IMG/VR virus record: IMGVR_UViG_3300037785_000002
Location: 1 to 32,239 of that record
DNA length: 32,239 nucleotides
From: a virus
Taxonomy: Duplodnaviria > Caudoviricetes
Direction: 5' to 3' (one strand)
Positions 1 through 7,232 of this stretch are shown here, one piece after another. A program made the translations under genes and the position numbers. Each line of letters begins with the position of its first letter. The first letter of the stretch is position 1. The notes beneath the pieces were generated by a model, which was not told the DNA's origin, made no database searches, and worked only from the letters and a program-made list of their open reading frames with translations.

Positions 1-302
1 GAACTACCTATTTAGGTTTTGTAAATGCGGATAGCTCGACATCTAACACTTTTGGAAACTGGGAGTTTTACATTCCAAATTATGCTAGTTCAAATGCAAA
101 GAGCATAAGTTCTAATTCAGTTGCAGACAATAACGACACAGCTGCTTATTCTGCTATCTCTGCAATTCTATGGGATGACACAACAGCCATAAATGCACTG
201 CAAATTTTGCCACAAGCTGGTGGTTATGACTGGATGCAATACTCAAGCTTTACTCTCTACGGCATCACAGCAGGCTCAGACGGAACAACGGCGGTGAGCT
301 AA
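1..302 (+). CDS. 3' part of putative tail-tip/adhesin protein (cassette gene C); continues from 32013 across the circular junction
   Basis: Frame from nt 3 reads TTYLGFVNADSSTSNTFGNWEFYIPNYASSNAKS...LYGITAGSDGTTAVS*, with TAA at 300-302. Paralogous to 1396..1911 (YIPNY, LYG.T.GSDGTT.VS). Confidence 0.85.
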   Translation, partial: TTYLGFVNADSSTSNTFGNWEFYIPNYASSNAKSISSNSVADNNDTAAYSAISAILWDDTTAINALQILPQAGGYDWMQYSSFTLYGITAGSDGTTAVS

Positions 303-913
303 TGGCAATCAAATCCTTTACACGCAGCACGATAGAAAACAACATCTTCTACCGCTCTATGCTGGCAGGCAACACAGCGTTCGAACCCTCGTCCGAGGAC
401 ATCTTGGCTGAGGAGGTGCTGACAGGCTCACAGGCTTCGGTCACCTTTAGCTCTCTTGACACTTTGGCTGCAGGTTATCAGCACTTGCAGGTGCGGGCAG
501 TTATGCGACAGGACAGGGCAGTCACAGGCTTTGACAGGGTGGCAATTAGGTTCAACGGCGATACGGGAACTAACTATGCTGGCCATTATGTTTACGGCAA
601 TGGCTCGGGTGTAAGTTCGGTTGCTTGGGCAGCTAGTAAGAGCTATGCATTAGGCGGTATCACAATTTTCAACGGAGATACTTCTAATGCTTTTGGAGCT
701 AATGTTATTGACATCCTTGACCCATTCGAAACTACAAAATACACGACAACAAGAACTCTGGGTGGTGCGGAGGCAGCAGGACAAAAGTGGATTGGATTGC
801 ACTCAGGTCTTTGGATGAACACCGCTGCCGTTACCTCAATCACAATCTTTGGTGAAAGCTCTACATACGACTGCTTGACTGGGTCACGCTTTACTTTGAT
901 AGGACTGAAATAA
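302..913 (+). CDS. putative virion tail-tip/adhesin protein (cassette gene A')
   Basis: 203 aa, Ser/Thr/Gly-rich. Paralog of 30955..31533 (LTGSQ.SVTFSSL, YQHLQVR, DILDPFETTKYTTTRTL, TGSRF.L.GLK). Follows the tail genes on the circle. Confidence 0.75.
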   Translation: MAIKSFTRSTIENNIFYRSMLAGNTAFEPSSEDILAEEVLTGSQASVTFSSLDTLAAGYQHLQVRAVMRQDRAVTGFDRVAIRFNGDTGTNYAGHYVYGNGSGVSSVAWAASKSYALGGITIFNGDTSNAFGANVIDILDPFETTKYTTTRTLGGAEAAGQKWIGLHSGLWMNTAAVTSITIFGESSTYDCLTGSRFTLIGLK

Positions 914-1392
914 TGACAACAGCTTGGGTTCCGTTGGCTACGACTACGCTGAGTAGTGCAGCAGCATCAGTCACATTCGGTTCGATTCCGAGTGGGTATC
1001 GTGATTTGGTTGCGGTTGCACAAGTTGCAGGTCACTCAGGGGTTTCTCAGGTTTACCTGCGCTACAACGGAGACAGCTCAGCGAGCTATACGAATGTATA
1101 TATGAGGGGAACTGGGTCGGCAGCACAAAGCGGTTCTGATTCGCTAACAATAAACTACCTTTTCAACTATGCGCCTGTTGATGCAGTAGCTGTAACTCAA
1201 ATAATGGACTATTCAGCAACAGACAAGCACAAAACAATTTTGACTAGAACCAATATGCCATCTTCAGCAACAGTTGCATACGCCTCAAGGTGGGCAAATA
1301 CATCGGCAATAACTAGCATCGAGATTTTCACAAATGCTGGGACACTAGATGCTGGCAGCGTTCTTTCGCTATACGGAAGCAACAGGTTATAG
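913..1392 (+). CDS. putative virion tail-tip/adhesin protein (cassette gene B')
   Basis: 159 aa. Paralog of 31534..32010 (LATTTLS, YRDLVAV, QIMDYSATDKHKTIL, SRWANTSAIT). Confidence 0.75.
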   Translation: MTTAWVPLATTTLSSAAASVTFGSIPSGYRDLVAVAQVAGHSGVSQVYLRYNGDSSASYTNVYMRGTGSAAQSGSDSLTINYLFNYAPVDAVAVTQIMDYSATDKHKTILTRTNMPSSATVAYASRWANTSAITSIEIFTNAGTLDAGSVLSLYGSNRL

Positions 1393-1395
1393 ATT

Positions 1396-1911
1396 ATGAA
1401 GAAAACACTTATAGAGCGTATAGAGCTGGCTTCGGCAGCATCTTCAATCACCTTTACCTCAATACCGCAAGATTACACCGATTTGTATTTGAAAGTCAGT
1501 TTGCGGACAACAAGAACTACAACAACCTCGAACTTTATTGTTGGCTTCAATGGCACAGGGTCAATAAGCAGGAGAGTCTTGTCTGGCAGCGGAAGCGCAG
1601 CTAGTTCTGATACAAGTGCTTATACTGGTCTTGTAGCGGGAGCAAACTCGACAATCAATGTTTTTAGTAGTAGCGGGGTCTACATTCCAAACTATACAAG
1701 CTCAAACCAAAAAACATTTAGTGTAGATTCAGTGTCTGAAAACAATGCAACAGAGGCTTTTCAACAAATAATGGGTGTAATTTGGAGTGAATCTGCAGCA
1801 ATTACTTCGCTAACAATTACTGAACAGCTGGGTAGCGATTTTAGTTCATATAGCTCAGCAAGTCTTTACGGCGTGACTAGTGGCTCAGACGGAACAACAA
1901 CAGTAAGCTAA
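1396..1911 (+). CDS. putative virion tail-tip/adhesin protein (cassette gene C')
   Basis: 171 aa. Paralog of the junction-spanning gene (TLIE.IE, SITF.SIPQ.YTDLY, YIPNY, GSDGTT.VS). Confidence 0.75.
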   Translation: MKKTLIERIELASAASSITFTSIPQDYTDLYLKVSLRTTRTTTTSNFIVGFNGTGSISRRVLSGSGSAASSDTSAYTGLVAGANSTINVFSSSGVYIPNYTSSNQKTFSVDSVSENNATEAFQQIMGVIWSESAAITSLTITEQLGSDFSSYSSASLYGVTSGSDGTTTVS

Positions 1912-1931
1912 AATAAATACAGGAGATAATT

Positions 1932-2168
1932 ATGGCAACGAAACCAACCAAGTTGATTGTGGACTGCTCAACAGGTGAGCGCACAGTTGTAGAGCTAACG
2001 GCTGCTGAAATCGCAGAGCGTGAGCAGATGGCACAAGAGGCCGAGGCTCAGAGACTAGCCGAGGAGCAGGCTGCTGCTGACCTTCAGGCACTTAAAGACT
2101 CTGCAAAGGCAAAGCTCATCGCTGGTGAGCCTCTGACGGCTGAAGAAGCCGATACACTCGTCCTGTAA
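1932..2168 (+). CDS. small helical protein, possible fibre assembly chaperone
   Basis: 78 aa, RBS AGGAG, Ala/Glu-rich helix. The chaperone role is inferred only from its position after the fibre-like genes. Confidence 0.6.
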   Translation: MATKPTKLIVDCSTGERTVVELTAAEIAEREQMAQEAEAQRLAEEQAAADLQALKDSAKAKLIAGEPLTAEEADTLVL

Positions 2169-2215
2169 AATAGTCCTAAACCTACACCACTTTTGTTGCA
2201 TTGGAGCGTGTGTAG

Positions 2216-2452
2216 ATGAGCGATGACGAGCTAACCCCTAAATGGGCCGTCGAACTAATGATTAGGTTTGAGCGACTAGAAGCTCGCATTGGTGCTAATG
2301 ATGAGCGTCATAATTCACACGCAGAGTGGGCAACCAGGAACATCAAGGACCACGAGATTCGCCTGCGTGCTATTGAGAAGAAACTCTGGGGAGCTGTTGG
2401 TGCAGCAGGAATCATCGCAACTGTAATCACCCTAGTTGGCAGGTCTATGTAA
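2216..2452 (+). CDS. membrane-anchored coiled-coil protein of the lysis module
   Basis: Heptad-like N-terminus and C-terminal hydrophobic helix (LWGAVGAAGIIATVITLV). Coupled by TAATG to the endolysin. Confidence 0.7.
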   Translation: MSDDELTPKWAVELMIRFERLEARIGANDERHNSHAEWATRNIKDHEIRLRAIEKKLWGAVGAAGIIATVITLVGRSM

Positions 2453-3009
2453 TGGCAAAGCGTGTAGCCGATTGGAGACTTCCCTACCCTGACAAATACA
2501 TCACGGGTCACTACGGCACGCTCTCAGACTTTCGTCGCAAGCGAGGTATGCAACCTCACTCGGGAACAGATTGGGCACGACCTAGAGGCACACGCATCCC
2601 TGCTATCGCTAAGGGCACGGTTCGCCTTATTCAGTATTCAAAAGTCCTTGGTTGGGTTCTTGTTCAGACCGCAATGGACAAAGACGGAGTCATCTGGTAT
2701 CTCGGATACTGCCACATGGACTCAAAGCCAGGTTACAAAGTCGGCGACAAGCTCACGAAGTCACAGACTGTCGGGCTTATCGGCAACTCAGGAGTCTCGT
2801 CAGGACCTCACCTACACGCAACGGCATCTCGGAAACTGAAGGGAGTGTTTGGTGTCACAGCCGACAAAGTCGACCTCCACAAACTCATTCTCGAAAACAT
2901 CAAAAGGTCAGAGGCGAAACAAGAGGACACGAAAGACGAAGCGTTGGTGGAGCCGAGCAAACCACAAGTAATCTACGCCTGCCCACATTGCAAAAAGGAG
3001 CTATGTTGA
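2452..3009 (+). CDS. endolysin, M23 family metallopeptidase
   Basis: M23 zinc motifs HSGTD (HxxxD), YCHM and GNSGVSSGPHLH (HxH). C-terminal CPHC. Confidence 0.9.
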   Translation: MAKRVADWRLPYPDKYITGHYGTLSDFRRKRGMQPHSGTDWARPRGTRIPAIAKGTVRLIQYSKVLGWVLVQTAMDKDGVIWYLGYCHMDSKPGYKVGDKLTKSQTVGLIGNSGVSSGPHLHATASRKLKGVFGVTADKVDLHKLILENIKRSEAKQEDTKDEALVEPSKPQVIYACPHCKKELC

Positions 3010-3275
3010 ACATCAAGTCAGTTACTAAAAGAACAATCGCCTACATCATCCTGAAGGTATCAGGCACGCTAGGCGGTGGCTTCATTATGGGCGTAGAGAT
3101 TTGGCAAGCTGCTGCTATGGCTGCTTTCATCGGCTTTATGGAAGTAACCGAGGAAGTTAGCCGTGCTTATGTTCAGGACGGCGAGGTGTCAGAGGACGAC
3201 ATCAACCAAATTTTCAACCAGCTTGACGACGACCACGACCCAGACCTCGCAGACGACGACGCTCCTCGAGCGTAA
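3003..3275 (+). CDS. putative holin
   Basis: True start is probably ATG 3003 (MLNIKSVTKRTIAYIILKV...). Two hydrophobic segments and an acidic tail, immediately after the endolysin. Confidence 0.7.
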   Translation: MLNIKSVTKRTIAYIILKVSGTLGGGFIMGVEIWQAAAMAAFIGFMEVTEEVSRAYVQDGEVSEDDINQIFNQLDDDHDPDLADDDAPRA

Positions 3276-3489
3276 GTCCACCCCAAATACCATCTGACTG
3301 ATTCGTCTCTAAGGCGTAGCTCAAGCAATCTTTTTGCACGGGACAAGTCGAGCAGATTTTCTTTGCGTCACGAGCCTCTGCCCAAGTCTCAGGAAAGAAC
3401 AGCTCGGGGTCAATCTCCATACAGGGTGGGTTGTGACCAGAGTCTTTGACGGCCCTTAGAAACTTCGCATACGCAGGTGACATGAACAT
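3214..3489 (-). CDS. whiB: WhiB-family Fe-S transcription factor (copy 1)
   Basis: C...DPELFFP...AKKICSTCPVQKDCL.YAL...GIWGGLT..ER, with four Cys and a basic tail RRRLRGLGRGRR. Confidence 0.95.
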   Translation of the reverse strand: MFMSPAYAKFLRAVKDSGHNPPCMEIDPELFFPETWAEARDAKKICSTCPVQKDCLSYALETNQSDGIWGGLTLEERRRLRGLGRGRRQAG

Positions 3490-3495
3490 AAGCAG

Positions 3496-3524
3496 AGGCT
3501 AGATGGTGAATTTCTAGCTGTCAA
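3496..3524 (-). promoter_or_regulatory. sigma-A-type promoter for leaderless whiB copy 1
   Basis: Minus strand reads TTGACA-17 nt-TAGCCT-6 nt-ATG. Confidence 0.75.
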
Positions 3525-3537
3525 ATCGACAATTTTC

Positions 3538-3551
3538 CGAACATCTGTTCG
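3538..3551. promoter_or_regulatory. LexA (SOS) box
   Basis: CGAAC-ATCT-GTTCG matches the actinobacterial consensus TCGAAC-N4-GTTCGA core. It lies 13 nt upstream of the whiB1 -35. Confidence 0.7.
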
Positions 3552-3714
3552 CACGCATCATTACTGGGCAAGACCTACCATTTCTTTCAGTTCGGATTTT
3601 TAGCTAAATAGCCTTGTGGTTGTCGCTAGTAGGGGGTCAAAACCGCTCAGAACGCATCCTACGGCCTCTCAGGGGCAAGTCTGATTTGACGATTGTGCTA
3701 CAAAAAAGTAGCAA

Positions 3715-3730
3715 TCGAACATTTGTTCAT
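3715..3730. promoter_or_regulatory. second LexA (SOS) box
   Basis: TCGAAC-ATTT-GTTCAT, overlapping the whiB2 stop codon. Confidence 0.6.
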
Positions 3731-3984
3731 CGCTCATCAGGCGAGGTTGCACCCCAGATTCCCCACCTCTGATTCGTCTCAAGAGCGTAGGTAAAACACT
3801 CCGTCACGATGGGACACTTCTTGCAGATTTTCTTTGCAGCCTTCGTTGCAAGCTGTCGCTTCTCAGGGTCGGGATAATCCTCGGGGAAGAACAGGTCGGG
3901 CACTCGCTGACATTCTGGGTCAGCCTCATTTACCAATTTCAAGAACGCCATGTAACGACTTGATAGATGTCCGTGCCGAGCCAT
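3727..3984 (-). CDS. whiB: WhiB-family Fe-S transcription factor (copy 2)
   Basis: C...PDLFFP...AKKICKKCPIVTECF.YAL...WGIWGATSPDER, with four Cys and no basic tail. Confidence 0.95.
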   Translation of the reverse strand: MARHGHLSSRYMAFLKLVNEADPECQRVPDLFFPEDYPDPEKRQLATKAAKKICKKCPIVTECFTYALETNQRWGIWGATSPDER

Positions 3985-3996
3985 ACACTAAGGGTA
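3960..3996. promoter_or_regulatory. overlapping divergent promoters (whiB2 leftward, recombination operon rightward)
   Basis: Plus strand: TTGATA(3960)-18-TACACT(3984-3989). Minus strand: TACCCT(3996-3991)-6 nt-ATG of whiB2. Confidence 0.55.
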
Positions 3997-4013
3997 ACTA
4001 ACAAGGAGGAAGA

Positions 4014-4886
4014 ATGAAACAGCACGCACCGCAAACATTCAATGACGCAGAGCTGGTCGGTGTCTTTGAGAACGGCACTTCTGAGTGGCACGAGGCTAGG
4101 GCCGATGGACTCGGCGGGTCTGAGATTGGAACCCTGATGGGACTCAACCCGTTTCAGTCACCCTTCCACTTGTGGGCAGTCAAGACTGGTCAGATTATTC
4201 AGCAGCCGTTGACTAACTGGGCGGTGCGATTTGGGCAGAAGTTTGAGGAGCCGATTCTTGAACTGTTGCAAGAGGAGCACCCTGACTGGGAGCTTTATTC
4301 AACGGGGACCTACCGACACAACAAGCACACCTTCCTAACCGCTAACCCTGATGCTCTGGCAAAGGTCGATGGCGAATGGGTAATCGTCGAGGTCAAGACT
4401 TCACGCAACTACTGGCATGACATCCCACCTGCCTACATTGCTCAGGTCCGACACTACATGGCAGTCATGGGAGTCAACCGTGCAGTCATCGTCGGGGTGG
4501 TGAACATGGCATGGGTTGAGCATTGGGTTGAGCGTGACGACTTTGAGGAGCAGGTTCAGATTGACCAGGCAACTAGATTCTGGGATTATGTAAAGAACGG
4601 AACACAACCTGACTGGGATGGGTCGGAGTCAACCTATGAAGCTGTGCGAGAGATGCACCCAGACATCGTAGACGAGGAGGTAGAGATTGACGGGCTACAC
4701 CATTTGGCTAATCTGCAAAGCCGTTTCGACGAAGCTGAGGCAGAACTTAGGAAAGCGAAGTCACAAGTGATGAACGCAATGGGTAAGGCAAAGCACGCTT
4801 ACATAGAGGTCGACGGCGAGAAAATTCGCATCGCTACCCGTGAGGCACGAGGTGGGGGTCGTCCCTACTTGAAGGTGAAGAAGTGA
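4014..4886 (+). CDS. YqaJ/lambda-exonuclease-like recombination nuclease
   Basis: Motifs EWHEAR..GLGGSE, FGQKFE, ANPDA, VEVKT and YIAQVRHYM. RBS AAGGAGG. Confidence 0.92.
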   Translation: MKQHAPQTFNDAELVGVFENGTSEWHEARADGLGGSEIGTLMGLNPFQSPFHLWAVKTGQIIQQPLTNWAVRFGQKFEEPILELLQEEHPDWELYSTGTYRHNKHTFLTANPDALAKVDGEWVIVEVKTSRNYWHDIPPAYIAQVRHYMAVMGVNRAVIVGVVNMAWVEHWVERDDFEEQVQIDQATRFWDYVKNGTQPDWDGSESTYEAVREMHPDIVDEEVEIDGLHHLANLQSRFDEAEAELRKAKSQVMNAMGKAKHAYIEVDGEKIRIATREARGGGRPYLKVKK

Positions 4887-5089
4887 TGCAGGTATTTCTA
4901 GGCGATGCGGTGACTCTTATGAGACAGGGCGAGGACCCCACAATGGTTACAGGTCAGGTAGCAGGTGTCGTTCTGAATGACGCACGGCAACTCGAGAGGA
5001 TTTACATTCACGGAATAGATGTTCCCTTCTGGATTGGGAGGGGATGGTTAGTAGTAGATGAAAGCGAGGAAGATGATGGCGAGATTTGA
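4886..5089 (+). CDS. hypothetical protein
   Basis: ~67 aa ORF coupled (TGATG) to the exonuclease. Confidence 0.65.
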   Translation: MQVFLGDAVTLMRQGEDPTMVTGQVAGVVLNDARQLERIYIHGIDVPFWIGRGWLVVDESEEDDGEI

Positions 5090-5612
5090 CTTGTCGAAGT
5101 ATGCAACAGTCGAGGAAAGGCTGAGGGCTTTTTGGTCCTCACCAGAGTCCGCAGACGCACGGATTGTGACCGTCAACCATTCGGTAGACGACAAGACGCT
5201 GGTTTTTGAGACAAGGATTTATGTCTCGGCGGGCGACCAGGCGAACAACTTGCCAAAGGTGACAGGCTGGGCAAGCGAAGCTAACACGGACCAGTTCTCA
5301 CTAGAACGAGCTGAGACCAGCAGCATCGGAAGGTGTCTGGCTAACTGGTTGTGGACAGGAGCCAAGCCACTTGACGGAACTCCGAGGCCAAGCCGTCAGG
5401 AGATGCAGAAGGTTGCAAGCGACGAGCGTGACTTCGTAGCCGAGGCTAGTAAACTAACCGATGTAGAGGGGCTTAGGTTTCTCTACGCACAAGCTAAGGC
5501 AGCGGGAGCACCGCAAGGGGTCTTAGAGAAGGTGAAAGCTCGTGGCGAAAGTCTTGGTAGCAAAGATAGCGGAGTTGGAGCAGGCGTATCTGCAAGCTCT
5601 AAGAAACAATGA
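5076..5612 (+). CDS. putative single-strand annealing protein (Sak/Rad52-like)
   Basis: Y.TV.ER...ERAETSSIGRCLA...RPSRQEM.KV pattern seen in phage SSAPs next to YqaJ exonucleases. RBS GAGGA. Confidence 0.65.
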   Translation: MARFDLSKYATVEERLRAFWSSPESADARIVTVNHSVDDKTLVFETRIYVSAGDQANNLPKVTGWASEANTDQFSLERAETSSIGRCLANWLWTGAKPLDGTPRPSRQEMQKVASDERDFVAEASKLTDVEGLRFLYAQAKAAGAPQGVLEKVKARGESLGSKDSGVGAGVSASSKKQ

Positions 5613-5721
5613 CCCGCTCGAAGCACACTTCTGGAACCGTGAACTCATCCATCATTTGTTGGTGCTAAGTGATTCCCTCAGAGATTCAGAAACAGCTAGC
5701 GGAACTGACTCAGGAGAATAG
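5542..5721 (+). CDS. small overlapping hypothetical protein (not in ORF track)
   Basis: GTG start, 59 aa MAKVLVAKIAELEQAYLQALRNNDPLEAHFWNRELIHHLLVL...; amphipathic; fills the 5612-5669 gap; AAGGTG upstream. Confidence 0.5.
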   Translation: MAKVLVAKIAELEQAYLQALRNNDPLEAHFWNRELIHHLLVLSDSLRDSETASGTDSGE

Positions 5722-5995
5722 TAAAGGGGCAGAAGCACTTTACGAGGCCGAGGTCAGTTTGGCTGAGGCTGAGCACACTCTTGACCTAGTCGAGCAGAAG
5801 GCGTTTATCAAACACCAGGGGACCGTCGCTGACCGCACGGCTCTGGCTCGCCTTGAGGCAGCCGACGCTCGGTTACAGCGTGACTTGCGAAAGGCCGAGG
5901 CTAACCGCATTAGGGTCAAAATCAAGAGCCTTGAGACGGCGATTATGGCCGTGCAGACGCAAGCTAAACTTGTCCAGTCAGAAATGAAATTGTGA
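5669..5995 (+). CDS. coiled-coil hypothetical protein
   Basis: 108 aa helical, Ala/Glu/Lys-rich. Confidence 0.7.
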   Translation: MIPSEIQKQLAELTQENSKGAEALYEAEVSLAEAEHTLDLVEQKAFIKHQGTVADRTALARLEAADARLQRDLRKAEANRIRVKIKSLETAIMAVQTQAKLVQSEMKL

Positions 5996-6002
5996 GGTAA
6001 CA

Positions 6003-6347
6003 ATGGCGGTCACTCGGAAGATGTCACTACAACTCCGAGAGCGAGACCCCTACTGTATTCATTGCGGAGATGACGAACCTCTGCAGGTCCATCACCGACG
6101 CAACCGAGGGATGGGCGGGTCAACAAAAGTAGACCGCTACGACAACCTCATCAGAATTTGTGCTTGGCTTAATTACCAGATGGAGCAGAACGCCGATGTC
6201 GCAGCCAACGCTCGTGAGATGGGCTGGAAGCTGGGACAATGGGACGGATTCGACACTCCTGTCTTTGACAACATGCAGAAGAAATGGTTCCTGCTGAGTC
6301 AGGACGGCAAGAAGATTCAGACGACCCCTCCGATGTATTTGATTTAG
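6003..6347 (+). CDS. HNH endonuclease-like protein
   Basis: RERDPYCIHCG...LQVHHRRNRGMGGS...NLIRIC. Confidence 0.85.
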   Translation: MAVTRKMSLQLRERDPYCIHCGDDEPLQVHHRRNRGMGGSTKVDRYDNLIRICAWLNYQMEQNADVAANAREMGWKLGQWDGFDTPVFDNMQKKWFLLSQDGKKIQTTPPMYLI

Positions 6348-6348
6348 C

Positions 6349-6440
6349 GTTACCAAACCGTTACATAAAATTCTTACAAAATAGTTGCGTATTGTGACGA
6401 GTTGTGCCTATACTTGTATCAACAAGGAAAGGAAACACAA
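6349..6440 (+). promoter_or_regulatory. conserved strong promoter P1 with CAACAAGG leader
   Basis: AT-rich upstream tract, TTGCGT(6385)-18-TATACT(6409-6414), then CAACAAGGAAAGGAAACACAAATG. Confidence 0.75.
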
Positions 6441-6653
6441 ATGGACATCTACACCAAGCTAGAGGCAGCAAGAAGGAACAGCAGCAACACCTTCTTTCAG
6501 AGCAAGTCTGGAACTGCTATCGAGGTTCTCTACATGGAGCAGGGTGGCTACTCAGTTTTCTTCTACGACAAGGACGGCGACAGAATTGACGAGAGGCACA
6601 TTAGCCCAAAGCAGTTTGACCGCTACATCTACCGACTACCAAAAATCTACTAA
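6441..6653 (+). CDS. hypothetical protein (first gene under P1)
   Basis: ATG 6441 after AAGGAAAGGAA; 70 aa. Confidence 0.75.
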   Translation: MDIYTKLEAARRNSSNTFFQSKSGTAIEVLYMEQGGYSVFFYDKDGDRIDERHISPKQFDRYIYRLPKIY

Positions 6654-6664
6654 GGGGAAAGACA

Positions 6665-6934
6665 ATGACGACTCTTAAAATTACCTCAAGAATCTACTCA
6701 GAAGTTATTGACAGGGAGATGCACTTTCGAGAGGGTGTAGGTATGACCGCCTACCAGAAAATTTATGACGCAATGCGGAACCGCAAGACTGCAAGTATCG
6801 ACTTCACCGACAATGAGGTCGAGGAGCTTCGCAGCGAGGCTGACTACTCAAGCATGACAGAGAGTGCCATCAACCCTAACGCTGGTTACATAAAAGCATG
6901 GCGGGGACTGCTCAACCAGATTGAGTCACTATGA
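6665..6934 (+). CDS. hypothetical protein
   Basis: 89 aa, RBS AAGGGGAAAG. Confidence 0.75.
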   Translation: MTTLKITSRIYSEVIDREMHFREGVGMTAYQKIYDAMRNRKTASIDFTDNEVEELRSEADYSSMTESAINPNAGYIKAWRGLLNQIESL

Positions 6935-7020
6935 GTTGCAGGGTATGGTGCTGGAAGTGCGACCTATGGCACACCGAGACAGAGTTCATAGACGAATGGC
7001 TACCAAAGGAGGCAAAGTGA
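6931..7020 (+). CDS. 29-aa Cys/Trp-rich microprotein (not in ORF track)
   Basis: MSCRVWCWKCDLWHTETEFIDEWLPKEAK*. ATGA overlap with the upstream stop and GTGA overlap with the downstream start. Confidence 0.55.
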   Translation: MSCRVWCWKCDLWHTETEFIDEWLPKEAK

Positions 7021-7232
7021 AGGACCCCGAGGCAGTAGCCTGGTCGATGCGTGAGCGTGCGTTGCAGGAAAAAAAGACAGAACCCCTAATTGTCATTGAA
7101 CAGGTCTATACTCCTAGCGAAGAACAGAAGAAGCTTTACTTCAACGCAGGTCGCTGGGCAGGAGGCTCAAGAGATTGGGTAGCTCGCAAAGCCTACGAGG
7201 AAGTCATGGGCAATGAGGGATTATCTAAGTGA
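7017..7232 (+). CDS. hypothetical protein
   Basis: GTG 7017 after AAAGGAGG is the probable start of the 6921..7232 ORF. Confidence 0.65.
   Translation: MKDPEAVAWSMRERALQEKKTEPLIVIEQVYTPSEEQKKLYFNAGRWAGGSRDWVARKAYEEVMGNEGLSK

Noticed and set aside
1-1911. Diversity-generating retroelement or invertible shufflon behind the paralog array
   Set aside because: No reverse transcriptase or recombinase gene, no near-identical TR/VR pair with A-specific mismatches, and all copies are in the same orientation.
2652-3002. 207-aa ORF 2652..3275 as one protein
   Set aside because: The 5' part is an alternate frame of the endolysin. Only the portion from ATG 3003 looks like a real membrane protein.
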